From positions 26,846,001 to 26,910,000 of the forward strand of contig OX597816.1 of assembly GCA_951406725.2 (NCBI GenBank): DNA of 64,000 bases. The letters run 5' to 3'. The DNA comes from Octopus vulgaris. Its lineage: Eukaryota. Positions 1 to 14,357 of this stretch are shown in pieces. Positions within the stretch are counted from its first letter, which is position 1, and each line of letters opens with the position of its first letter. The notes beneath the pieces are model-generated. The model saw only the letters and a list, made by a program, of their open reading frames with translations, did no database searches and had not been told where the DNA came from. Position numbers and translations under genes: made by a program.

Positions 1-210
1 TCATCATCATTTAACGTCCGCTTTCCATGCTGGCATGGGTTGGACGGTTCAATCTTGATCTGGCAATGTTTCTACGGCTGGATGCCCTTCCTAACACCAA
101 CCACTCCGTGAGTGTAGTGGGTGCTTTTTATGTGCCACCGGCACAGGTGCCAGATGGAGCTGGCAAACTGCCATGATCGGATGGTGCTTTTTACATGCCA
201 CCGGACGGGG
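1..210 (-). mobile_element. 5'-truncated RTE LINE 3' tail (or RTE-derived SINE) with (GAT)n end
   Basis: Reverse complement of the RTE 3' end at 9290-9459. Confidence 0.8.
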
Positions 211-675
211 TCAATAAAATAATAATAATAATAATAATAATAATAACTTCTCTAGTGCTAGTGACACAATAAAGTGCACCCAGTCACTGAGAAGATGGAC
301 ACAGAGCTGCATAAGCCTTGCCAAAGAAAAGGAATGAATGGGAATGTGGTCTCCTTAAACAAGAGTATAGTCAATGTGTATAACATGATAGCAACTTTGA
401 ATAAGAGCTGATACAAGGAAGTGGGGTCTCTTCAGTTCTGTCACAAACAGACCCTTTAGTGCTGGTGGTGTGATAGAATACAGTCAATTATGGTTGGTAA
501 AAAAAAAAAAAAGAATGTTATCAAAAAATACAGAAAATGTACATAAACGACAGATCAGCAATTTTCTCTATTGTATATGTCAGATGACAAAGGACAGTGT
601 CTTGACGGAAGATACTGTGAGAACCATCCACTTGGTTAAAAAAAAAATGTTGGCATAAAATGATGACGATATTCT

Positions 676-905
676 TTCTTTTTCTTTTACTTGTTTCAGT
701 CATTTGACTGCGGCCATGCTGGAGTGCCGCCTTTAGTCGAGCAACTCGACCCCAGGACTTATCCTTTTGTAAGCCCAGTACTTATTCTATCGGTCTCTTT
801 TGCCGAACCGCTAAGTAATGGGGACATAAACACACCAGCATCGGCTGTCAAGCAATGCTAGGGGACAAACACAGACACACAAACACACACACACGCATAT
901 ATATA
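676..905 (-). mobile_element. tRNA-SINE family A, 3' half
   Basis: Matches the full copies at 4865-5277 and elsewhere. Confidence 0.85.
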
Positions 906-1280
906 TACATATATATGCATATGAAAAACATTTTTTAATTAAAAATATAAAATCAAATCATTTTATTAAAAAAATCAAATAAGCTGTACAAACACAAGTT
1001 TGTAAAACTGAAGACAGCAGGTGTGCTTATGTACAGAATTCTCCTTTATCAAGTTTGTATTTACCTGGGGTTTTTAATGATTTTTTTTTGTTTTGATTTA
1101 CTAACATTTAAACTGAAATTTTTTTTTATCAAATACTGTGAGTTATCAAGGAGATTTTCTTAAATTTTTAATTTTTAAACATACACACACACACACACAA
1201 ATACTTTGATGTACAAATGGGAGACAGCAGAGTTTGTTTATTATTGCTCAAAGCTGATGATTTAATTTGTTGGTATTCAG

Positions 1281-1332
1281 AGAGTATAGCAATGTGCCAC
1301 TTTTCACCCCAAATACCCATAGTGGTGTTCAG
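1281..1332 (+). CDS. LRR gene exon (EYSNVPLFTPNTHSGVQ)
   Basis: ttcag acceptor, gtgag donor, phase-0 end fits the next exon across a 93-bp intron. Confidence 0.55.
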
Positions 1333-3324
1333 GTGAGAGTGCTTTGAATGAATAATATGCGTTTGTAGATAATGTGCATTAAAAGATTACTAACGACTTC
1401 TTTGGCAATGTTTTGGAAATTTTAGATAATCATCGAGCAATCCCTGACCCAACCTCGTGTACTCTTTGAACCCCTCATTGCTGCATTAAGAAGTGTCCAC
1501 TACCATTATTTAAACCATCTCTATATTTGGAACTATCCTATGTCATATGAAAATACATGTACCTTGGTAAGTGTATTCTGTTTCTATTTTGTATGGTAAT
1601 CTCATGTGGTGTTGTGTCTGTGTGGCCCATTGCTTTGCAGTATGTGTTCTAGCTCTTTATGTTCTGAATCAAATTCAGCAAAGGTCAACTTTACCTGCCA
1701 TCCTTTTAGGGTTAATAAAATAAAGTACCTGTCAAATACTAGAGATGATGTAATTAACTAGCCTTCTCACCTCACAAGTGCTGACATTGTGCTTAAGTTA
1801 GAAATGTCATCATTATTGTTGTTGTGATGGTGGTAGGCTGAAAACCATACAGTCACCTTCAGCTCTGTGGATTTTAACAAAATATCAACCCCCTTTTACA
1901 GGAAAGAGTTAGAATATAAGTACTGGATAAGACCAACTGGGTCTGGTTGAGTCTAATTTCATTGTTAGATTCCTGTCTGAAAGAGTCTAATTGTATTTTG
2001 ATTTTGGGTATAACAGCTGAAATGTCATAACAACAAACAAGATGAGGACGAATATCCATCAAATGTAAATAGTGTAAATAATGTACATAATTCCTCACCT
2101 CTTAAATTTAGAACTGTATACAGAGAATTAAAGGGGAAATTTCTTTTTCGAAGATTTTTAGAAGGAAAAATCCCAATAGGAAACTCTTTACAAAGGCCTT
2201 TCAAAATTTTTCTCTTAACCAATGAGAAATCTGGGCTAACTCATTTATTTGAGAACCAAGGCAAATGACCTCTCTGACACACATGGCTATTCTCAGAACC
2301 TTGTGTTCAAATGTGCATGGTTTGGGGTCAGATTGGAAGCAATGTCATTTGATCATCAACCTCAGTTTGGTAAACTTAAATATAGCAGTCATCGATTAGA
2401 CCAGGCTCTTTAGGATGGGCCACATACACTCGTGCATTTTCAACAACTAAGAGATATTCTCATCTTGTGATCTGTTGAGATCAAGAACCTTTAGATCTCG
2501 AGGTACAATCAACCAAAAGGTAAATCAGTAGTCCTGGATATGAATGGTAGCAAAAGCAGTGCCTTTAGACTAGTAGCAATCTGTGCTTCAGCTTATGTGT
2601 ATACACACATACACACATACACATGCAGGTATTTTGATTTATGCTAAATATTTTGCTTATTATCTTCATTAATTCACACAATTTTGTAAAAAACTTTGCT
2701 ATTTTGTTTCTGTAGACATTTTTTATGAACAAATATTATGAAGGATTAAAAACTATATATTTAATTGACAACATCTTAACTTCTGAATCTTTACAGAGAT
2801 TTATCAAGTAAGTATGGAATTGTGCCATTTCTATGTTAATAGTAAATTTTATGATATATTGTTGAAGTGCTATTGGTTTCCCTTCATGGCAGAATTAATA
2901 GTCAAGACTATTTAAGCATTTTATCTGATCAAATTCATCCTATGGTTGCAGAACTGTTTCTAGAGGGAAACACAATCTTTCAGGGTGATAATGCACCAAT
3001 TCACACAGCTAAAGTTGTTACTGAATGGCATAAGGAACATTCTAGTGAAACTTGAACATCTTATCTGGCCACCACAGTCCCCAGATCTCAATATTATTGA
3101 ACATTTATGATACATTTTAGAAAAACAAGTAAGGAGTCGATATCCTCCACCATCATCACCACAAGAACTGGAGACTGTTTTAGCTGAAGAATGGACAAAA
3201 ATTCCTTTGGAAACAATTCAAATTCATAGAATTCAAGCTGTAATTACTGCCAAAAGCGGTCCTACCCCAAATTAAAATAAATTTGTTTGAAATTTTAAGG
3301 TGTTTCCATTATTTTGTCCAACCC

Positions 3325-3366
<42 letters not shown>

Positions 3367-4275
3367 ACAAAATATACAAGTGGGCTGAAAAGAATAGCAT
3401 GCAGTTCAATGCTGAAAAGTTTCAAGCTCTATGCTATCAGCACGCAAAACTAAATGCAATACCCAATAAATACACTGGACCTGGAGGGACTGCAATCCCA
3501 GAGGCACAATCAGTGCGAGACCTGGGTATTTACATGAGTGATGATGCAACCTATCATGTGCATGTTGCTAAATTGGCAATGAAATGTAGGTGGCTGACCG
3601 GATGGATTCTTAGAACCTTCAGAACAAGAGACCAGGAAACCATGGTCTTCTGGAGGACACTTGTCCTAAGCCACTTTGACTATTGCTCTCAACTATGGTC
3701 ACCATCCAGTGTCAAGTTAATCACAGAACTTGAGGCAATCCAATGAAGCTACACGAAGAAGATAGCCTCTGTGCAGCATATAAGCTATTGGGAAAGACTC
3801 AAGAGATTGAGACGCTATTCCTTAGAGCATAGGCGAGAAAGATATGCCATAATATACATCTGGAAGATCCTAGAAGGATTTGTCCCAAACTTTGACATCG
3901 AGAGTTACACAAATGCCAGAACTGGGCGCCACTGCATAGTGCCAAGGACTCCAAATTTGCCATCAAGATGTAGGACAAGATACTGTGATAGCCTGGGCTT
4001 CCGAGGTCCACAGCTCTTCAATATCCTCCCGAAGAACCTAAGAGACCTGCATGGGATAGATGCAGATGTCTTTAAAATGAAACTGGATCTCTTCTTGTCA
4101 GGTATCCCAGATGAACCAACTTCACGGCAGGTGGTGCAGATGAGGGCAGCTGCATCGAACTCTCTCATGCACCAAATGGCAATTGCTAAAAAGCATTCGT
4201 AAGTAAAATCATGTAGCAACACCAAATGGTGGTGCCCCAGCATGGCCACAGCTTGTGAGCTGAAACTAGATAAAA

Positions 4276-4348
<73 letters not shown>

Positions 4349-7300
4349 GGAGACCCCACTCCTATAATATTGGGAATAAAATGTGTTTACCTTGCATAAC
4401 TGAATTTATGAAACTACTACAGTATAGAGATAAATTACTAAACACACATGACGAACAAGGAGTAAAATGTAGGCACCAAAGTCATTTTACATTTAGTAAA
4501 AGGAAGTATTGATCCCCCAACCCCTGAATAAAATAGCAACATCATTTTATTTCTAAAGCACTTGAACAGACTATATAAATAAATAAAAAAATAACTAAAT
4601 AATGCAATAATTTAATTAAAATAAATATATGAATTAAATATTACTAAAATTATATAACAAATTAGATATACCTCCCAATATAGGTAAATTTTAAAGTAAT
4701 AATAGAGGATAATTTAAAATTAAAACTATGTATAGTGTAATTACCCCCCCCCGGTTCTAATCACCTATAAATACCCATAGTTCCCTGCTATCTTCTGCCT
4801 CAAACCACTAATTTTAGTACCAGCAAAAAAAAAGAAGATATGTATTTGAATTTTTCTTGTTATATACTCTTTTACTTGTTTCAGTCATTTGACTGCGGCC
4901 ATGCTGGAGCACTGCCTTTAGTCGAGCAAATCAACCCCGGGACTTATTCTTTGTAAGCCCAATACTTATTCTATCGGTCTATTTTGCCGAACCGCTAAGT
5001 GACGGGGACGTAAACACACCAGCATCGGTTGTCAAGCAATGCTAGGGAGACAAACTCAGACACAAACACAGACACACACATACATACATACATATATATA
5101 TATACATATATACGACAGGCTTCTTTCAGTTTCCGTCTGCCAAATCCACTCACAAGGCATTGGTCGGCCTGGGGCTATAGTAGAAGACACTTGCCCAAAA
5201 TGCCACGTAGTGGGACTGAACCTGGAACCATGTGGTTGGTTAGCAAGCTACTTACCACACAGCCATTCCTGCGCCTATATATATCACATTTAAACACAGA
5301 CATTTTTATTCTGATGTTTAATCTTATATCTCACATTCTGTATTTGACATATACTTGATTTTACATGATTGATATATATATATACTAATTCATATTTATA
5401 ATGTATAATTTATAAATTTTTATTCTTAATATTACAAAGTATAATTTTATTCTTAATTTTTAATTTTTAATTCGTAATTTTTAATCTTTATGCTTAATCG
5501 TATTGCTTATTTTAAAGGAATGAAAAATTAGATATATAATATTTTGAAATAGAACCTGAAGATGTGTTGGAATAATTGTAAATCTGACAATTGCATATAT
5601 GTATTTATGTATGTGTGTATATCTGTATACAGTCGTGTATATGTATATTTATTGTAATCTCCCAATATTGAAACATGTGAAGTTCCTTCATATTTAATAG
5701 ATATAAGTATTAACTAAAGTAGGATATAATTAATCAAGTACATTATATACCCAGCTGGAAATTTTGGTTATATCCTTTAAGTATTACTGATACCATGAGT
5801 TTACTGTAAGATATACTCATTAGGTTATTTTTGTATTATCTGGAATAGAATATCATCATCATCATCATCATCATTTAGCATCCGTTTTCCATGCTAGCAT
5901 GGGTTGGACGGTTCAACTGGGGTCTGGGGAGCCCGAAGGCTGCACCAGGCCAGTCAGATCTGGCAGTGTTTCTACAGCTGGATGCCCTTCCTAACGCCAA
6001 CCACTCCGAGAGTGTAGTGGGTGATTTTATGTGCCACCGACACAGGTGCCAGACGAGGCTGGCGAACGGCCACGCTCGGATGGTGTTTTTATATGCCACC
6101 GACACAGGTGCCAGACGAGGCTGGCAGACGGCCACGCTCGGATGGTGTTTTTATATGCCACCGACACAGGTGCCAGATGAGGCTGGCAGACGGCCACGAT
6201 CGGATGGTGTTTGTTACGTCCCCAAAGCACGGAGGCCAGTCTATGCGGTACTGGCTACGGCCACGTTCGGATGATTTTCTTGTGTGGTACCACAAAGATA
6301 CAAATTCCATTGATGTTCATCTATTTTGATTTGTTTTGATTTTCACTTGCCTCAACAGGTCTTCACAAGTGTCACAAGAAGGAAGGTATGCACAGGTGGA
6401 CTGACTACGTCCCAGGTAGGGGCCACGGGTTATGGCCTGACTAGTCTTGCCGGGTCTTCGGATGAAAAGTTAATTTTCAATTTTGGAGGATTAATCGATA
6501 TACAGATATGCTATTTCAGATAATACAAAAATAACCTAATGGGTATATCTTACAGTAAACTCATGGTATCAGTAATACTTAAAGGATATAACCAAAATTT
6601 CCAGCTGGGTATATAATGTACTTGATTAATTATATGGTGCTCTTTGCACCCTGCCAGCATGGATGCCAGTCATCGAATTTGATTTGCTTTTGCTTTTGAT
6701 TGATTAATTTGATTTGATTTGATTTCACTTGCCTCAATAGGTCGTATATATATATATATATATATATATAGCTTGCTGAGTGCCACAGGCCGAGTCTGTG
6801 GATGGTGCAAAGTCCCTTCCAGACCTAGAGTTACGTGGTGGTGGAATAGTGCAGTAGACAAAGCCATTGGTGCAAAGAGATGGGCCTGGAAAGCCTGGAG
6901 GGATAGGGGTAGCATGGAACTGTACCAGGTAGCCAAAAGGGAGGCTGGGCGGCAGGTATACATAGCCAAAGATGTAGCAGAAAAGAAGAAGTTTGCCAAT
7001 GTCCAGCGACGTGAGGACCAAAGAGCTGAGGTATTTTGGATTGCCAGACAGTGTGTGAGAGAAAATAGTGATGTTACAGGAGAGAAATGTGTCCGCATGG
7101 ATGATGGGGCACTTGCTTTTACTGTTGGTGAAAAGAAAGAGGCTTGGAGAAGCCATTATGAAAGACTGCTGAATGAGGAGAATGAATGGGAGGAGGAGAG
7201 CCTGCCAAATGTTGACCCAGTAGAGGGACCAGCTACCCGAATAGACAGCTCCCTTGTAGTTAAGGCAATTAAGGATATGAAACCAGGTAAAGCCCCCGGC

Positions 7301-10300
7301 CCATCAGGAATCACTGCTGAGATGCTTAAAACAGCTGGCTATGTAGGCCCGCATTGTAAACCAGGTAGTTCATAATGGAGTCATACCCAATGACTGGCGT
7401 AGCAGCACCATAGTCAACTGCTACAAGGGTAAGGGTGATGCTCTAGATAGAAATAACTATAGGGGTATTAAACTGTTGGATCAGGTGATGAAGGTCACAG
7501 AGAGGGTCATAACCCATCTCATTAGGGAGAGAATTTGCTTAGATGAGATGCAGTTCGGTTTTGTGCTGGGTAGAAGCACCACTGGTGCTATATTCCTGGT
7601 CCGACAACTGCAAGAGAAGTACCTAGCTAAAGATAAACCCCTCTACATAGCTTTTGTGGACTTGGAGAAAGCCTTTGACAGGGTTCCCCATTCCCTTATC
7701 TGGTTGATGCGGAAACTGGAGATTGACAAATGGCTAATAAGGGCTGTACAGGCTCTATACAGAGAGGCTGTCAGCAAGGTTAGGATTGGCAACGAATATA
7801 GTGAAGAATTCCGGGTAGAAGTAGGTGTATACCAAGGCTCAGCCCTCAGTCCCCTTTTATTCATCATAGTCCTCCAGGCAATAGCAGAGGAATTCAAAAC
7901 AGGATGCCCCTGGGAGCTCCTCTATGCTGATGACCTGGCTCTCATAGCAGAATCACTACCGGAACTAGAAAAGAAATTTCGGGTGTGGAAGCAAGGGTTA
8001 GAATCAAAGGGCCTTAGAGTAAATGTAGCAAAGACCAAAGTTATAGTAAGCAGAAAGGCGAACTCAGCACACACACCCTCGGGCAGGTGGCCCTGCTCGA
8101 TCTGTAGGAAAGGTGTAGGTAGAAACTCCATAAGATGCACCCAATGTAAGCTATGGACGCATAAGAGGTGCAGCAACATTAAAGGGAAATTAACTGATAA
8201 GATAGCTTTCATGTGCGGCAGATGCACAGGGACAATAGACACCACAGACAATCAGAAAACAGATTCCATCACACTCCAGGGGGAGAAACTAGAAGTAGTT
8301 GATAGTTTCCGCTACCTGGGTGACCAAGTTAGTAATGGAGGTGGATGCTCAGAGAGTATCACCACTAGAATACGAATAGCCTGGGCAAAGTTCAGAAAGC
8401 TCCTACCCCTACTGGCGACAAAGGGACTCTCGCTCAGAGTGAAAGGTAGATTGTATGATGCATGTGTGCGAACTGCCATGCTTCACGGTAGTGAAACATG
8501 GGCTGTGACTGCAGAAGGACATGCGTAGACTTGAAAGAAATGAAGCTAGCATGATCCGCTGGATGTGTAATGTCAGTGTGCATGCATGACAGAGTGTAAG
8601 CACCCTGAGAAAAATGCTGGATATAAGAAGCATCAGATGTGGTGTGCAAGAGCGACGCTTGCGATGGTATGGTCATGTACTGTGGATGGATGAGGAGAGA
8701 TGTGTGAAGAAGTGCCACTCCCAAGCAGTTGAAGGTATCAGGGGGAGAGGTAGACCCAGGAAGACATGGGATGAGGTAGTCAAGCATGACCTCAGAAGGT
8801 TGGGCCTCACTGAGGCAATGGCGAAGGACCGAGATCTCTGGAGATATGCTGTGACTGCAAACACCCGGGCTGCTTCCTGCACCACATCCGCATAGCCCCT
8901 TGAATCCCAGAACGTCCCGCTGTGCTTGAGGTGACCTGTTGAGTCAAGTACATGAACATGAACATGAACATCGAAATAAATATCAATGGAAATAGTAGTT
9001 GTGATACCTGTGCTGGTGGCACATAAAAAGCACCATCCGAACATGGCCGATGCCAGCGCCGCCCCAACTGGCTTCTGTGCCAGTGGCACATAAAAAGCAC
9101 CATCTGAACGTGGCCGATGCCAGCGCCGCCCCGACTGGCTTCTGTGCCGGTGGCACATAAAAAGCACCATCCGGACGTGGCCGTTGCCAGTGCCACCTTG
9201 GCTGGCTTCCTTGCCACTGGCACATTAAAAAGCTCCAACCGATCGTGGCCGATGCTGGACCCCCCCCCTGGCACCTGTGCAGGTGGCACGTAAAAAGCAC
9301 CCACTACACTCATGGAGTCGTTGGCGTTAGGAAGGGCATCCAGCCATAGAAACTCTGCCAGATCAGACTGGAGCCTGGAGCAGGCCCTGGCTTCCCAGAC
9401 CCCGGTCAAACCGTCCAACCCATGCTAGCGCGGAAAACGGACGTTAAACGATGATGATGATATATATATCTTGTTTATAAACCATACAAGTGAAAGAATA
9501 GAAGAAATGACGTTAAAAATGTACAAAAATATATTAGTATTAATTTGAGTTATATTTACATTAGATTTTCAAAAGTGCATAAGTATATGGAGCTGTTGCA
9601 AATTCTATCTATTCTGGTTGCTGTTATAAAGATAGTATGTTTTTAATGTATGGAAGTGGCTCAGAATGCTATCCATTAATCTGCAAATTGATTGGTCAAT
9701 GTTCGTGTATTACACTCATGTCAACATTACATGAAAAAGTCACATAAAAGTTTTTCTCCATTGAATATGCCATATGACAGTTATAAAAGAGAGAATTGAA
9801 TAAGTGATATAGTAATTGTTTACCTAAAAGTGTTAGAGATAATTATTGATTATTATTCTGTCAGAGACTAATGTTAACAAGTTCACTCCTGTTGAACATG
9901 TTAAAATATATCGCTTCTTTATTAACAAGGTGTGGGGTAAACAAGATAATGAAGTGGGGAGTAAATAAGATAGATGATAGCTGCTTCATAAATTCTGGTT
10001 TTCTTAAGTAGAGTGCAAATAGACATTCTACAATAATTTCTTCATAGGAAAGGGCAAAACACATATAACTGATGTTTTTTTATAGCCTCTTCAGTAGTAG
10101 CTTGGATTCTTTAATAAAAAAACTTTTGTTATAAATTCTTGTTTGGTTTGGGATATTGTCTGCACATTGATAGAGTGGGAGGACAAAAAATTTAAGAGAT
10201 TTGGTTTTTGCGCATGTGTCCAGATTTTCAGTTAGTGAAATTAGTCTAGTTTTGGGATCATGTATTTATATATATATATATAGAGAGAGAGACATATTTA

Positions 10301-10303
10301 TAC

Positions 10304-10374
<71 letters not shown>

Positions 10375-10653
10375 TATCAGTTTGGTCAGATTAAAAAACA
10401 TTCCCTGGTGTTTGATATTTTATGCAAATATCCTCCTCAGAGTTTTTACAGGCATGTTACAACACAACAAAGTATACTGCAAAGAGAGTGGGTGCATCAA
10501 GGTCTCCTTGCTTTACTCCATTTTCCATGGTAAAAGAATCAGAAAGCCTACCACCAAAATTAACTCTAGCTTTCATATCTTGATGCAAAGCCTTGATCAT
10601 GTTTACAAATTTTTCTGGGCAACCTATTTTCCTTAGAATTAGCCACACATTAG

Positions 10654-10727
<74 letters not shown>

Positions 10728-10866
10728 AAAGTTAAAGGAAGAGGAAAGCAAAAACCAAGGCAGGATATCTACTGACTCAGAAATAGGCTTATCAATTGGA
10801 GCAATCATACTGCATACTTATTAGTTTAGATCATCAGTGGCCTAAACCCTTCCTATTCTGTATATA

Positions 10867-10911
<45 letters not shown>

Positions 10912-11800
10912 AAACCCATCAAGTCAAGTGAAATCACAGTCGTGGAAGATACTAGTGGCATGCAAATGACATCATCATCATCATTGTTTGACCGTGGTCG
11001 AGACAATGGAATTTACCATGCTACGCCAGACTTCACGGTCCATCATGGCATTATGGAGGTCCTGTTGCTGGATGCCTGTATCCCTGGAGATTACATCAGG
11101 GTAGGAGAGTATGCACCCTCTGGTATTGTGAGTAGATGGCTTCCAGAGGAGAAGAGGAGAAATTGCCTCGTTTTCAGCTCTACAACAATGTCCAGCAAAC
11201 TGGACTCTCCTACCTTTCACAAGAGATGACGCAGGTGGTAGTTTCCCATATATTTGCATTTTGGTTGGATGATGTTTCCACGAGAGATTTTGAGCTCTCA
11301 TAAGGAGGTGAGTGTAGGTTCCATCCAACCGCCTCTCAAGCTTCTTTGATGACGTTATCATGCAAATGGCACCCATGCCAGTAACACGTAAAAGCACCCA
11401 TTTTTAACTGAATCATTATTAAAGTTTTCTGTCCTTGTGGTAAACCAATTTATTCCATTTTTCGACTGATTATACTCACTATTTGGGGATCTAATCTTAT
11501 ATTTGTATGAATTCATTTTGTTCTTTAAATTTAAAGCTTTTGTATATTACACAAATCAATTTTTTCCTCCATATATGCATTTATTTTTTAGATATCTCCC
11601 TGTATGCACATCTCTAACTGAAATTTGCTTAGATTATAATGAGTAAGTAATATTATTTCACATTTCAACAAGAATCACTTCAGTTCAAGATTTTTGTTAA
11701 CATTGGATATTTTTTCGTCAGTGCTCAATACACAGTTTCAGAGAGTCTCATAAAGCACATTATATATATATATATAAGAGAGCAAGGTGTATGTTTACCG

Positions 11801-11848
<48 letters not shown>

Positions 11849-14302
11849 GCAAAATGAGACAAGAACATAAAACATCCAGACAGTTAGATGATACAAGGAA
11901 GGGGCAACAAAACATCCAGATAGACGATACAAGGAAAACAAGGACGGATCATTCAGAGCTTTCTTTCCTCAGTCGAGTTCCAAATTATCTTTGCAATTTT
12001 GGCTGGTTATACTTGAGATTGCTCCAATTTGGCCAGCCCTAAGGAAAAACTAAGCTAAGAGCATTAGATTCCTTGGAAGAAAGCAGTGAATGTATATGAA
12101 AACAAGGACGGAAAAAACAGAGAAAGTTACGCAAATACAAATAACAGGACATAACAACAGGTGTCTTTCAACTATGGACGAATTAAATTAAGCTGGCTTG
12201 TGTGGAAGTAAAGCCTTAGAGCAGGGATACAAGATTTCACAGGCACAGGAAAGAATATAGATGTTGCATGGACAATGGCCGAACCATGAAAGAAAGGTCA
12301 GGCTTGGCCGAACACTGGTCACATGGGGAGAGAAGAGAGAGAGGTAGAGGCAAAGGGACAGAAGAAATAAGGAGGGGTGAGAAAAAATGACAGGGACACA
12401 GTGAAGTGAAAAGAGGAGGGAAAGTGAACACACATACATATATATAAACACACACATATACACATAAACATATGCATGAATATGTATGAGTGGATGCTGA
12501 AAAGTTCCTGGCTTTGTACAAAAGAAAATACAGGAGGATCAGTTAATAATGATTTTATTCAGCATATTCCCCTTTCAGATTCACACCCTTATTGCAGTCG
12601 TCCTTCAGTTTTTCTAAGCCCTATAAAAGAACTCAAAAGTTTGGCCTCCAATCAAGCCTTTTGTGATACCCTTAAAACCAGGAACTTTTTCAGTACCCCT
12701 TCATATTTATGTGTGTGTGTTGTGTGTGTGTGTGTGTGTGTAGTTGAAATTTACAGAAAAACAAAAGATGAAGACAGGTGTATAAACAACAAGCAGGTAT
12801 ATTAGTTTGATGTTCAGGAAGGTGAGAAAGTCTTTTATGTTTCAAGCCTACGCTCTTCAACAGAAAGGAGCAGGAGGAAATAAACAGAGAGAATTAAAAA
12901 ACTTTTAGAGTTAGCGGTCAATCATGGTGACCGGCTGGACAAAGGTAGTTAGGATTTGTAATCAGGCATGACTGAAAAAGGAGAAAAAGAGAAACAGAAT
13001 AAAAAAAAACAATAAGAAAAAGAAAATTCAGAAAAAAGTTCAAAAAGGTTTAATGACTGATCTTTTAAATGAAGCTGAAAAATACCTTCACTCTTCTCTT
13101 TACTGGCACTGCATTTTCACGAGTAAATTTGGTAAAATCTTGTCAAATCAGGATGATATAACTAAGAGGAGATCATTCATAGTAGACCTCAGAAATTCAC
13201 AAAAGACTTGAAAAAATTATTATCCTTTCAGAGAGCAGACCCAAGAAATCTAATATGTTAGAGAACAAAGAACAAGAAGGGAGGTAATTTATAGCAGACC
13301 TTCCAAAATCTGCTTCCTCGGAGCTGCCACATTGAATGTTGGTACAATGAAAATCCAGTCAAGTGAAGTTGTTGAAATGTTATAACCCAGATGTGTAGAT
13401 GTGTGCTGTGTACAAAAGGTGAGATGGAGAAGAACCTCTACTAAACTCTTCATGTGTAGCAGAGGTATAAACTCTTCTGGATAGGTAGCAGTGAAGATAT
13501 GAGGTGGGTGTAGGCATACTCTTAGTAGAAATATGGGTAGATAAAGTGATTCAGGTAGTTAGAGTATGTGATATGATTGTTAAGCTAAGATTTGTATTAG
13601 ATTATACAAAAATAACCTTTATCTCAGCATATTCTGTACAAGTTGTACTGACAGATTAACTGAAGAATCATTTCTATGAATCCCTTCTGAGGATTACCTT
13701 GATGATGGATGACAAAGACTTTATTATTATTGTGGCTGGTGATTTCAACAAAGATATTGAGATCTAATGGATTTCTTGTATACATGGAAGATATGGCTTT
13801 CATTCTAGGAATGAGGTGGTAACAAGGCTTCTGGAGTTCTGTGATGCTAATGACTTGTTGATCTGCAATGGTGACTTAAGAAAACCCACCAGGAACTTGA
13901 TCACCTATGAATCTGGTGGACACAAAAGCTAAATTGACTACATTCTCACTAGTAAACAGGTTAAGCAGATGCTTGTGTATGCAAAGTCCTTTCCTGGTGA
14001 AGAATGTATTTCTCAACATAGGTTAGTCATAAATGACTTTAAACTCTGTTGATGTACAGTTTACAACTTCTGTAGGTTGATATCTGTGGTTAAATATATG
14101 TGCACACATACATGCGCATCATAAAATGTAATAAATATGACTGTTTCTCTTTCAGTATGAGTTATACAGATTGCAAATACCTATCTAGTTGCCTCAGCGA
14201 CAATATTACACTGACATCATTGAGTCTAAGTTACTGTAATTTACCAAAAGAGACTGGTATTTACCTGGGTAGGATCCTTGCCAGCACAGCAGTCAGGTTA
14301 GT

Positions 14303-14357
<55 letters not shown>

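Noticed and set aside
3744-3746. In-frame TGA in the CR1 ORF as selenocysteine or readthrough
   Set aside because: The position corresponds to the conserved Arg of the LE.(V/I)QR motif; CGA>TGA CpG decay is the simpler explanation
5029-6329. Recurrent short ORFs such as [13 protein letters not shown] and [12 protein letters not shown] that look like a gene family
   Set aside because: Chance translations of high-copy SINE and RTE UTR sequence
9005-9300. Regularly spaced repeats resembling a CRISPR array (also 6030-6230)
   Set aside because: The intervening sequences are homologous to each other rather than unique spacers, there are no cas genes, and the array is part of a eukaryotic LINE 3' UTR
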